From Auanema rhodensis (lineage: Eukaryota; Animalia; Nematoda), in NCBI GenBank assembly GCA_964057225.1, contig OZ059900.1, positions 4,960,001 to 5,024,000 on the forward strand: a DNA stretch of 64,000 nucleotides, given 5' to 3'. This document shows positions 1 to 11,799 of this stretch, one piece after another. Both the position numbers and the translations under genes were made by a program. The notes under the pieces are model-generated. The model did no database searches. It was not told the origin of the DNA and was given only the letters and a program-made list of their open reading frames with translations. Each line of letters begins with the position of its first letter. The first letter of the stretch is position 1.

Positions 1-2195
1 TATAGCTACCTGTTCACAAAAAATTGGAAGTCCTGGTTACCATGCATCAAACCCATTAAGATTGTGTTTCTAGACTAATATAACCATGGGAAATTCATTT
101 AAGTTCACAGTATTCTTCTATCTTTAACGGTATCCGAGTTACAAATCAAGATCACTTTCTTTGGATACTTAGGTGGTATAGCTACCTGTTCACAAAAAAT
201 TGGAAGTCCTGGTTACCATGCATCAAACCCATTAAGATTGTGTTTCTAGACTAATATAACCATGGGAAATTCATTTAAGTTCACAGTATTCTTCTATCTT
301 TAACGGTATCCGAGTTACAAATCAAGATCACTTTCTTTGGATACTTAGGTGGTATAGCTACCTGTTCACAAAAAATTGGAAGTCCTGGTTACCATGCATC
401 AAACCCATTAAGATTGTGTTTCTAGACTAATATGACCATGAGAAATTCATTTAAGTTCACAGTATTCTTCTATCTTTAACGGTATCCGAGTTACAAATCA
501 AGATCACTTTCTTTGGATACTTAGGTGGTATAGCTACCTGTTCACAAAAAATTGGAAGTCCTGGTTACCATGCATCAAACCCATTAAGATTGTGTTTCTA
601 GACTAATATAACCATGGGAAATTCATTTAAGTTCACAGTATTCTTCTATCTTTAACGGTATCCGAGTTACAAATCAAGATCACTTTCTTTGGATACTTAG
701 GTGGTATAGCTACCTGTTCACAAAAAATTGGAAGTCTTGGTTACCATGCATCAAACCCATTAAGATTGTGTTTCTAGACTAATATGACCATGGGAAATTC
801 ATTTAAGTTCACAGTATTCTTTTATCTTTAACGGTATCCGAGTTACAAATCAAGATCACTTTCTTTGGATACTTATGTGGTATAGCTACCTGTTCACAAA
901 AAATTGGAAGTCCTGGTTACCATGCATCAAATCCTTTAAGATAGTGTTTCTAGACTAATATAACCATGGGGACTTTATCAAATTTCACAGTATTCTTCTA
1001 TCTTTAACGGTATCCGAGTTACAAATCAAGATCACTTTCTTTGGATACTTAGGTGGTATAGCTACCTGTTCACAAAAAATTGGAAGTCCTGGTTACCATG
1101 CATCAAACCCATTAAGATTGTGTCTCTAGACTAATATAACCATGGGAAATTCATTTAAGTTCACAGTATTCTTCTATCTTTAACGGTATCCGAGTTACAA
1201 ATCAAGATCACTTTCTTTGGATACTTAGGTGGTATAGCTACCTGTTCACAAAAAATTGGAAGTCCTGGTTACCATGCATCAAACCCATTAAGATTGTGTT
1301 TCTAGACTAATATAACCATGGGAAATTCATTTAAGTTCACAGTATTCTTCTATCTTTAACGGTATCCGAGTTACAAATCAAGATCACTTTCTTTGGATAC
1401 TTAGGTGGTATAGCTACCTGTTCACAAAAAATTGGAAGTCCTGGTTACCATGCATCAAACCCATTAAGATTGTGTTTCTAGACTAATATGACCATGGGAA
1501 ATTTATTTAAGTTCACAGTATTCTTTTATCTTCAACGGTATCCGAGTTACAAATCAAGATCACTTTCTTTGGATACTTATGTGGTATAGCTACCTGTTCA
1601 CAAAAAATTGGAAGTCTTGGTTACCATGCATCAAATCCTTTAAGATAGTGTTTCTAGACTAATATGACCATGAGAAATTCATTTAAGTTTACAGTATTCT
1701 TCTATCTTTAACGGTATCCGAGTTACAAATCAAGATCACTTTCTTTGGATACTTAGGTGGTATAGCTACCTGTTCACAAAAAATTGGAAGTCCTGGTTAC
1801 CATGCATCAAACCCGTTAAGATTGTGTTTCTAGACTAATATGAGCATGGGAAATTCATTTAAGTTTACAGTATTCTTCTATCTTTAACGGTATCCGAGTT
1901 ACAAATCAAGATCACTTTCTTTGGATACTTAGGTGGTATAGCTACCTGTTCACAAAAAATTGGAAGTCTTGGTTACCATGCATCAAACACAATACGATAG
2001 TGTTACTAGACTAATATGACCATGAGAAATTCATTTAAGTTTACAGTATTCTTCTATCTTTAACGGTATCCGAGTTACAAATCAAGATCACTTTCTTTGG
2101 ATACTTAGGTGGTATAGCTACCTGTTCACAAAAAATTGGAAGTCCTGGTTACCATGCATCAAACCCATTAAGATTGTGTTCCTAGACTAATATGA
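1..2195. repeat. Satellite A: tandem array of a 176-bp monomer, 12 complete copies plus a partial 13th, open at the left edge
   Basis: TATAGCTACCTGTTCAC recurs at 1, 177, 353, 529, 705, 881, 1057, 1233, 1409, 1585, 1761, 1937 and 2113, always 176 bp apart. Copies differ only by substitutions. The first monomer has 61/176 G+C. Confidence 0.99.
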
Positions 2196-2248
2196 AATGT
2201 TTTGAGAGTATCGTGAAAACAAGTTGGAAAAAAACTTTTTTTTGGACT

Positions 2249-2267
2249 TGGAAATTTTTTTTGGACT
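2249..2267 (+). repeat. 19-bp presence/absence module TGGAAATTTTTTTTGGACT (first instance) that distinguishes L from S monomers
   Basis: L reads ...TTTTTTTTGGACT-TGGAAATTTTTTTTGGACT-GTGAGCC and S reads ...TTTTTTTTGGACT-GTGAGCC. The module is an imperfect tandem copy of the preceding 24 bp and shares a 13-bp direct repeat (T8GGACT) with it. Confidence 0.97.
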
Positions 2268-2268
2268 G

Positions 2269-2313
2269 TGAGCCATTCGCATGGCTTAATCCTTGAGGAA
2301 AGCTACAGCGCTG
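2269..2313. other. GC-richer dyad-symmetry core of the satellite B monomer (first instance)
   Basis: AGCCAT-TCGC-ATGGCT (2271-2286, 6-bp arms), TCCT-TG-AGGA (2290-2299) and the perfect palindrome CAGCGCTG (2306-2313). About 52% GC over 50 bp against ~32% for the whole monomer. Confidence 0.9.
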
Positions 2314-4079
2314 ACAGATTCAATCAAGTTTAAAAAAAAAAATTTTTTTTCAATTCAGATGTTGAAACTCTTTAAAAATGTGTAATAAATGTTTCGAGAG
2401 TATCGTGAAAACAAGTTGGAAAAAAATTTTTTTTTGGACTGTGAGCCATTCGCATGGCTTAATCCTTGAGGAAAGCTACAGCGCTGACAGATTCAATCAA
2501 GTTTAAAAAAAAAATTTTTTTTCAATTCAGATGTTGAAACTCTTTAAAAATGTGTAATAAATGTTTCGAGAGTATCGTGAAAACAAGTTGGAAAAAAATT
2601 TTTTTTTGGACTGTGAGCCATTCGCATGGCTTAATCCTTGAGGAAAGCTACAGCGCTGACAGATTCAATCAAGTTTAAAAAAAAAAATTTTTTTTCAATT
2701 CAGATGTTGAAACTCTTTAAAAATGTGTAATAAATGTTTCGAGAGTATCGTGAAAACAAGTTGGAAAAAAATTTTTTTTTGGACTGTGAGCCATTCGCAT
2801 GGCTTAATCCTTGAGGAAAGCTACAGCGCTGACAGATTCAATCAAGTTTAAAAAAAAAAATTTTTTTTCAATTCAGATGTTGAAACTCTTTAAAAATGTG
2901 TAATAAATGTTTTGAGAGTATCGTGAAAACAAGTTGGAAAAAAATTTTTTTTTGGACTGTGAGCCATTCGCATGGCTTAATCCTTGAGGAAAGCTACAGC
3001 GCTGACAGATTCAATCAAGTTTAAAAAAAAAATTTTTTTTCAATTCAGATGTTGAAACTCTTTAAAAATGTGTAAGAAATGTTTTGAGAGTATCGTGAAA
3101 ACAAGTTGGAAAAAAATTTTTTTTTGGACTTGGAAATTTTTTTTGGACTGTGAGCCATTCGCATGGCTTAATCCTTGAGGAAAGCTACAGCGCTGACAGA
3201 TTCAATCAAGTTTAAAAAAAAAATTTTTTTTCAATTCAGATGTTGAAACTCTTTAAAAATGTGTAATAAATGTTTCGAGAGTATCGTGAAAACAAGTTGG
3301 AAAAAAATTTTTTTTTGGACTGTGAGCCATTCGCATGGCTTAATCCTTGAGGAAAGCTACAGCGCTGACAGATTCAATCAAGTTTAAAAAAAAAATTTTT
3401 TTTCAATTCAGATGTTGAAACTCTTTAAAAATGTGTAAGAAATGTTTTGAGAGTATCGTGAAAACAAGTTGGAAAAAAATTTTTTTTTGGACTTGGAAAT
3501 TTTTTTTGGACTGTGAGCCATTCGCATGGCTTAATCCTTGAGGAAAGCTACAGCGCTGACAGATTCAATCAAGTTTAAAAAAAAATTTTTTTTCAATTCA
3601 GATGTTGAAACTCTTTAAAAATGTGTAATAAGTATTTTGAGAGTATCGTGAAAACAAGTTGGAAAAAAACTTTTTTTTGGACTTGGAAATTTTTTTTGGA
3701 CTGTGAGCCATTCGCATGGCTTAATCCTTGAGGAAAGCTACAGCGCTGACAGATTCAATCAAGTTTAAAAAAAAATTTTTTTTCAATTCAGATGTTGACA
3801 CTCTTTGAAAATGTGTAATAAATGTTTTGAGAGTATCGTGAAAACAAGTTGGAAAAAAACTTTTTTTTGGACTTGGAAATTTTTTTTGGACTGTGAGCCA
3901 TTCGCATGGCTTAATCCTTGAGGAAAGCTACAGCGCTGACAGATTCAATCAAGTTTAAAAAAAAATTTTTTTTTCAATTCAGATGTTGAAACTCTTTAAA
4001 AATGTGTAATAAATGTTTTGAGAGTATCGTGAAAACAAGTTGGAAAAAAATTTTTTTGTGGTCGGTGAGCCATTCGCAT

Positions 4080-5900
4080 GGCTTAATCCTTGAGGAAAGC
4101 TACAGCGCTGACAGATTCAATCAAGTTAAAAAAAAAATTTTTTTTCAATTCAGATGTTGAAACTCTTTAAAAATGTGTAATAAATGTTTTGAGAGTATCG
4201 TGAAAACAAGTTGGAGAAAAATTTTTTTTTGGACTTGGAAATTTTTTTTGGACTGTGAGCCATTCGCATGGCTTAATCCTTGAGGAAAGCTACAGCGCTG
4301 ACAGATTCAATCAAGTTTAAAAAAAAATTTTTTTTCAATTCAGATGTTGAAACTCTTTAAAAATGTGTAATAAATGTTTTGAGAGTATCGTGAAAACAAG
4401 TTGGAAAAAAATTTTTTTTTGGACTTGGAAATTTTTTTTGGACTGTGAGCCATTCGCATGGCTTAATCCTTGAGGAAAGCTACAGCGCTGACAGATTCAA
4501 TCAAGTTTAAAAAAAAAATTTTTTTTCAATTCAGATGTTGAAACTCTTTAAAAATGTGTAATAAATGTTTTGAGAGTATCGTGAAAACAAGTTGGAAAAA
4601 AACTTTTTTTTGGACTGTGAGCCATTCGCATGGCTTAATCCTTGAGGAAAGCTAGAGCGCTGACAGATTCAATCAAGTTTAAAAAAAAAATTTTTTTTCA
4701 ATTCAGATGTTGAAACTCTTTAAAAATGTGTAATAAATGTTTTGAGAGTATCGTGAAAACAAGTTGGAAAAAAACTTTTTTTTGGACTTGGAAATTTTTT
4801 TTGGACTGTGAGCCATTCGCATGGCTTAATCCTTGAGGAAAGCTACAGCGCTGACAGATTCAATCAAGTTTAAAAAAAAAAATTTTTTTCAATTCAGATG
4901 TTGAAACTCTTTAAAAATGTGTAATAAATGTTTTGAGAGTATCGTGAAAACAAGTTGGAAAAAAATTTTTTTTTGGACTGTGAGCCATTCGCATGGCTTA
5001 ATCCTTGAGGAAAGCTACAGCGCTGACAGATTCAATCAAGTTAAAAAAAAAAATTTTTTTTCAATTCAGATGTTGAAACTCTTTAAAAATGTGTAATAAA
5101 TGTTTTGAGAGTATCGTGAAAACAAGTTGGAGAAAAATTTTTTTTTGGACTTGGAAATTTTTTTTGGACTGTGAGCCATTCGCATGGCTTAATCATTGAG
5201 GAAAGCTACAGCGCTGACAGATTCAATCAAGTTTAAAAAAAAATTTTTTTTCAATTCAGATGTTGAAACTCTTTAAAAATGTGTAATAAATGTTTTGAGA
5301 GTATCGTGAAAACAAGTTGGAAAAAAATTTTTTTTTGGACTTGGAAATTTTTTTTGGACTGTGAGCCATTCGCATGGCTTAATCCTTGAGGAAAGCTACA
5401 GCGCTGACAGATTCAATCAAGTTTAAAAAAAAAATTTTTTTTCAATTCAGATGTTGAAACTCTTTAAAAATGTGTAATAAATGTTTTGAGAGTATCGTGA
5501 AAACAAGTTGGAAAAAAACTTTTTTTTGGACTGTGAGCCATTCGCATGGCTTAATCCTTGAGGAAAGCTAGAGCGCTGACAGATTCAATCAAGTTTAAAA
5601 AAAAAATTTTTTTTCAATTCAGATGTTGAAACTCTTTAAAAATGTGTAATAAATGTTTTGAGAGTATCGTGAAAACAAGTTGGAAAAAAACTTTTTTTTG
5701 GACTTGGAAATTTTTTTTGGACTGTGAGCCATTCGCATGGCTTAATCCTTGAGGAAAGCTACAGCGCTGACAGATTCAATCAAGTTTAAAAAAAAAAATT
5801 TTTTTCAATTCAGATGTTGAAACTCTTTAAAAATGTGTAATAAATGTTTTGAGAGTATCGTGAAAACAAGTTGGAAAAAAATTTTTTTTTGGACTGTGAG
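4080..5900. repeat. Local 5-mer HOR (L,L,S,L,S), 916-bp period, 2 copies
   Basis: Variants TTGGAGAAAA (G at 4216 and 5132) and GCTAGAGCGC (4651 and 5567) both recur at +916. Confidence 0.88.
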
Positions 5901-8900
5901 CCATTCGCATGGCTTAATCCTTGAGGAAAGCTACAGCGCTGACAGATTCAATCAAGTTTAAAAAAAAATTTTTTTTTCAATTCAGATGTTGAAACTCTTT
6001 AAAAATGTGTAATAAATGTTTTGAGAGTATCGTGAAAACAAGTTGGAAAAAAATTTTTTTTTGGACTTGGAAATTTTTTTTGGACTGTGAGCCATTCGCA
6101 TGGCTTGATCCTTGAGGAAAGCTACAGCGCTGACAGATTCAATCAAGTTTAAAAAAAAATTTTTTTTCAATTCAGATGTTGAAACTCTTTAAAAATGTGT
6201 AATAAATGTTTTGAGAGTATCGTGAAAACAAGTTGGAAAAAAACTTTTTTTTGGACTCGGAAATTTTTTTTGGACTGTGAGCCATTCGCATGGCTTAATC
6301 CTTGAGGAAAGCTACAGCGCTGACAGATTCAATCAAGTTTAAAAAAAAATTTTTTTTCAATTCAGATGTTGACACTCTTTGAAAATGTGTAATAAATGTT
6401 TTGAGAGTATCGTGAAAACAAGTTGGAAAAAAACTTTTTTTTGGACTTGGAAATTTTTTTTGGACTGTGAGCCATTCGCATGGCTTAATCCTTGAGGAAA
6501 GCTACAGCGCTGACAGATTCAATCAAGTTTAAAAAAAAAAATTTTTTTCAATTCAGATGTTGAAACTCTTTAAAAATGTGTGATAAATGTTTTGAGAGTA
6601 TCGTGAAAACAAGTTGGAAAAAAATTTTTTTTTGGACTGTGAGCCATTCGCATGGCTTAATCCTTGAGGAAAGCTACAGCGCTGACAGATTCAATCAAGT
6701 TTAAAAAAAAATTTTTTTTCAATTCAGATGTTGAAACTCTTTAAAAATGTGTAATAAATGTTTTGAGAGTATCGTGAAAACAAGTTGGAAAAAAACTTTT
6801 TTTTGGACTTGGAAATTTTTTTTGGACTGTGAGCCATTCGCATGGCTTAATCCTTGAGGAAAGCTACAGCGCTGACAGATTCAATCAAGTTTAAAAAAAA
6901 ATTTTTTTTCAATTCAGATGTTGACACTCTTTGAAAATGTGTAATAAATGTTTTGAGAGTATCGTGAAAACAAGTTGGAAAAAAACTTTTTTTTGGACTT
7001 GGAAATTTTTTTTGGACTGTGAGCCATTCGCATGGCTTAATCCTTGAGGAAAGCTACAGCGCTGACAGATTCAATCAAGTTTAAAAAAAAATTTTTTTTC
7101 AATTCAGATGTTGAAACTCTTTAAAAATGTGTAATAAATGTTTTGAGAGTATCGTGAAAACAAGTTGGAAAAAAACTTTTTTTTGGACTTGGAAATTTTT
7201 TTTGGACTGTGAGCCATTCGCATGGCTTAATCCTTGAGGAAAGCTACAGCGCTGACAGATTCAATCAAGTTTAAAAAAAAATTTTTTTTCAATTCAGATG
7301 TTGACACTCTTTGAAAATGTGTAATAAATGTTTTGAGAGTATCGTGAAAACAAGTTGGAAAAAAACTTTTTTTTGGACTTGGAAATTTTTTTTGGACTGT
7401 GAGCCATTCGCATGGCTTAATCCTTGAGGAAAGCTACAGCGCTGACAGATTCAATCAAGTTTAAAAAAAAAAATTTTTTTCAATTCAGATGTTGAAACTC
7501 TTTAAAAATGTGTGATAAATGTTTTGAGAGTATCGTGAAAACAAGTTGGAAAAAAATTTTTTTTTGGACTGTGAGCCATTCGCATGGCTTAATCCTTGAG
7601 GAAAGCTACAGCGCTGACAGATTCAATCAAGTTTAAAAAAAAAATTTTTTTTCAATTCAGATGTTGAAACTCTTTAAAAATGTGTAATAAATGTTTTGAG
7701 AGTATCGTGAAAACAAGTTGGAGAAAAATTTTTTTTTGGACTTGGAAATTTTTTTTGGACTGTGAGCCATTCGCATGGCTTAATCCTTGAGGAAAGCTAC
7801 AGCGCTGACAGATTCAATCAAGTTTAAAAAAAAATTTTTTTTCAATTCAGATGTTGAAACTCTTTAAAAATGTGTGATAAATGTTTTGAGAGTATCGTGA
7901 AAACAAGTTGGAAAAAAATTTTTTTTTGGACTGTGAGCCATTCGCATGGCTTAATCCTTGAGGAAAGCTACAGCGCTGACAGATTCAATCAAGTTAAAAA
8001 AAAAATTTTTTTTCAATTCAGATGTTGAAACTCTTTAAAAATGTGTAATAAATGTTTTGAGAGTATCGTGAAAACAAGTTGGAAAAAAATTTTTTTTTGG
8101 ACTTGGAAATTTTTTTTGGACTGTGAGCCATTCGCATGGCTTAATCCTTGAGGAAAACTACAGCGCTGACAGATTCAATCAAGTTTAAAAAAAAAAATTT
8201 TTTTCAATTCAGATGTTGAAACTCTTTAAAAATGTGTAATAAATGTTTTGAGAGTATCGTGAAAACAAGTTGGAAAAAAATTTTTTTTTGGACTGTGAGC
8301 CATTCGCATGGCTTAATCCTTGAGGAAAGCTACAGCGCTGACAGATTCAATCAAGTTTAAAAAAAAATTTTTTTTCAATTCAGATGTTGAAACTCTTTAA
8401 AAATGTGTAATAAATGTTTTGAGAGTATCGTGAAAACAAGTTGGAAAAAAATTTTTTTTTGGACTTGGAAATTTTTTTTGGACTGTGAGCCATTCGCATG
8501 GCTTAATCCTTGAGGAAAGCTACAGCGCTGACAGATTCAATCAAGTTTAAAAAAAAATTTTTTTTCAATTCAGATGTTGAAACTCTTTAAAAATGTGTAA
8601 TAAATGTTTTGAGAGTATCGTGAAAACAAGTTGGAAAAAAACTTTTTTTTGGACTTGGAAATTTTTTTTGGACTGTGAGCCATTCGCATGGCTTAATCCT
8701 TGAGGAAAGCTACAGCGCTGACAGATTCAATCAAGTTTAAAAAAAAATTTTTTTTCAATTCAGATGTTGAAACTCTTTAAAAATGTGTAATAAATGTTTT
8801 GAGAGTATCGTGAAAACAAATTGGAAAAAAACTTTTTTTTGGACTTGGAAATTTTTTTTGGACTGTGAGCCATTCGCATGGCTTAATCCTTGAGGAAAGC

Positions 8901-11799
8901 TACAGCGCTGACAGATTCAATCAAGTTTAAAAAAAAATTTTTTTTCAATTCAGATGTTGACACTCTTTGAAAATGTGTAATAAATGTTTTGAGAGTATCG
9001 TGAAAACAAATTGGAAAAAAACTTTTTTTTGGACTTGGAAATTTTTTTTGGACTGTGAGCCATTCGCATGGCTTAATCCTTGAGGAAAGCTACAGCGCTG
9101 ACAGATTCAATCAAGTTTAAAAAAAAATTTTTTTTCAATTCAGATGTTGACACTCTTTGAAAATGTGTAATAAATGTTTTGAGAGTATCGTGAAAACAAG
9201 TTGGAAAAAAACTTTTTTTTGGACTTGGAAATTTTTTTTGGACTGTGAGCCATTCGCATGGCTTAATCCTTGAGGAAAGCTACAGCGCTGACAGATTCAA
9301 TCAAGTTTAAAAAAAAATTTTTTTTCAATTCAGATGTTGAAACTCTTTAAAAATGTGTAATAAATGTTTTGAGAGTATCGTGAAAACAAGTTGGAAAAAA
9401 ACTTTTTTTTGGACTTGGAAATTTTTTTTGGACTGTGAGCCATTCGCATGGCTTAATCCTTGAGGAAAGCTACAGCGCTGACAGATTCAATCAAGTTTAA
9501 AAAAAAATTTTTTTTCAATTCAGATGTTGACACTCTTTGAAAATGTGTAATAAATGTTTTGAGAGTATCGTGAAAACAAGTTGGAAAAAAACTTTTTTTT
9601 GGACTTGGAAATTTTTTTTGGACTGTGAGCCATTCGCATGGCTTAATCCTTGAGGAAAGCTACAGCGCTGACAGATTCAATCAAGTTTAAAAAAAAAAAT
9701 TTTTTTCAATTCAGATGTTGAAACTCTTTAAAAATGTGTGATAAATGTTTTGAGAGTATCGTGAAAACAAGTTGGAAAAAAATTTTTTTTTGGACTGTGA
9801 GCCATTCGCATGGCTTAATCCTTGAGGAAAGCTACAGCGCTGACAGATTCAATCAAGTTTAAAAAAAAAATTTTTTTTCAATTCAGATGTTGAAACTCTT
9901 TAAAAATGTGTAATAAATGTTTTGAGAGTATCGTGAAAACAAGTTGAAGAAAAATTTTTTTTTGGACTTGGAAATTTTTTTTGGACTGTGAGCCATTCGC
10001 ATGGCTTAATCCTTGAGGAAAGCTACAGCGCTGACAGATTCAATCAAGTTTAAAAAAAAATTTTTTTTCAATTCAGATGTTGACACTCTTTGAAAATGTG
10101 TAATAAATGTTTTGAGAGTATCGTGAAAACAAGTTGGAAAAAAACTTTTTTTTGGACTTGGAAATTTTTTTTGGACTGTGAGCCATTCGCATGGCTTAAT
10201 CCTTGAGGAAAGCTACAGCGCTGACAGATTCAATCAAGTTAAAAAAAAAAAATTTTTTTCAATTCAGATGTTGAAACTCTTTAAAAATGTGTGATAAATG
10301 TTTTGAGAGTATCGTGAAAACAAGTTGGAAAAAAATTTTTTTTTGGACTGTGAGCCATTCGCATGGCTTAATCCTTGAGGAAAGCTACAGCGCTGACAGA
10401 TTCAATCAAGTTAAAAAAAAAATTTTTTTTCAATTCAGTTGTTGAAACTCTTTAAAAATGTGTAATAAATGTTTTGAGAGTATCGTGAAAACAAGTTGGA
10501 AAAAAATTTTTTTTTGGACTTGGAAATTTTTTTTGGACTGTGAGCCATTCGCATGGCTTAATCCTTGAGGAAAACTACAGCGCTGACAGATTCAATCAAG
10601 TTTAAAAAAAAAAATTTTTTTCAATTCAGATGTTGAAACTCTTTAAAAATGTGTGATAAATGTTTTGAGAGTATCGTGAAAACAAGTTGGAAAAAAATTT
10701 TTTTTTGGACTGTGAGCCATTCGCATGGCTTAATCCTTGAGGAAAGCTACAGCGCTGACAGATTCAATCAAGTTTAAAAAAAAATTTTTTTTCAATTCAG
10801 ATGTTGAAACTCTTTAAAAATGTGTAATAAATGTTTTGAGAGTATCGTGAAAACAAGTTGGAAAAAAATTTTTTTTTGGACTTGGAAATTTTTTTTGGAC
10901 TGTGAGCCATTCGCATGGCTTAATCCTTGAGGAAAGCTACAGCGCTGACAGATTCAATCAAGTTTAAAAAAAAATTTTTTTTCAATTCAGATGTTGAAAC
11001 TCTTTAAAAATGTGTAATAAATGTTTTGAGAGTATCGTGAAAACAAGTTGGAAAAAAACTTTTTTTTGGACTTGGAAATTTTTTTTGGACTGTGAGCCAT
11101 TCGCATGGCTTAATCCTTGAGGAAAGCTACAGCGCTGACAGATTCAATCAAGTTTAAAAAAAAATTTTTTTTCAATTCAGATGTTGACACTCTTTGAAAA
11201 TGTGTAATAAATGTTTTGAGAGTATCGTGAAAACAAGTTGGAAAAAAACTTTTTTTTGGACTTGGAAATTTTTTTTGGACTGTGAGCCATTCGCATGGCT
11301 TAATCCTTGAGGAAAGCTACAGCGCTGACAGATTCAATCAAGTTTAAAAAAAAAAATTTTTTTCAATTCAGATGTTGAAACTCTTTAAAAATGTGTGATA
11401 AATGTTTTGAGAGTATCGTGAAAACAAGTTGGAAAAAAATTTTTTTTTGGACTGTGAGCCATTCGCATGGCTTAATCCTTGAGGAAAGCTACAGCGCTGA
11501 CAGATTCAATCAAGTTTAAAAAAAAAATTTTTTTTCAATTCAGATGTTGAAACTCTTTAAAAATGTGTAATAAATGTTTTGAGAGTATCGTGAAAACAAG
11601 TTGGAAAAAAATTTTTTTTTGGACTGTGAGCCATTCGCATGGCTTAATCCTTGAGGAAAGCTACAGCGCTGACAGATTCAATCAAGTTTAAAAAAAAATT
11701 TTTTTTCAATTCAGATGTTGAAACTCTTTAAAAATGTGTAATAAATGTTTTGAGAGTATCGTGAAAACAAGTTGGAAAAAAATTTTTTTTTGGACTTGG

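Noticed and set aside
169-173. TTAGG telomeric motif in satellite A
   Set aside because: There is one copy per monomer and it is never tandem, as expected by chance.
1-176. Assignment of satellite A to a known 176-178 bp family (Brassicaceae centromeric repeats, honeybee AluI repeat)
   Set aside because: The length and a few short AT-rich words are reminiscent from memory, but I cannot verify an alignment. BLAST against satellite or repeat databases is needed, so no family name is given.
2275-2292. CENP-B box or primate alpha satellite (S monomer is 171 bp)
   Set aside because: TTCG is not followed by the A..CGGG of the TTCGnnnnAnnCGGG core, and I see no resemblance to alpha satellite. The length match is coincidental.
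2263-2320. Hammerhead ribozyme of the kind known from some animal satellites
   Set aside because: CTGTGA-stem-TTAA and CTGACAGA only superficially resemble the core. Neither strand has CUGANGA followed by stem II and GAAA in the required order. An Infernal/Rfam search would settle it.
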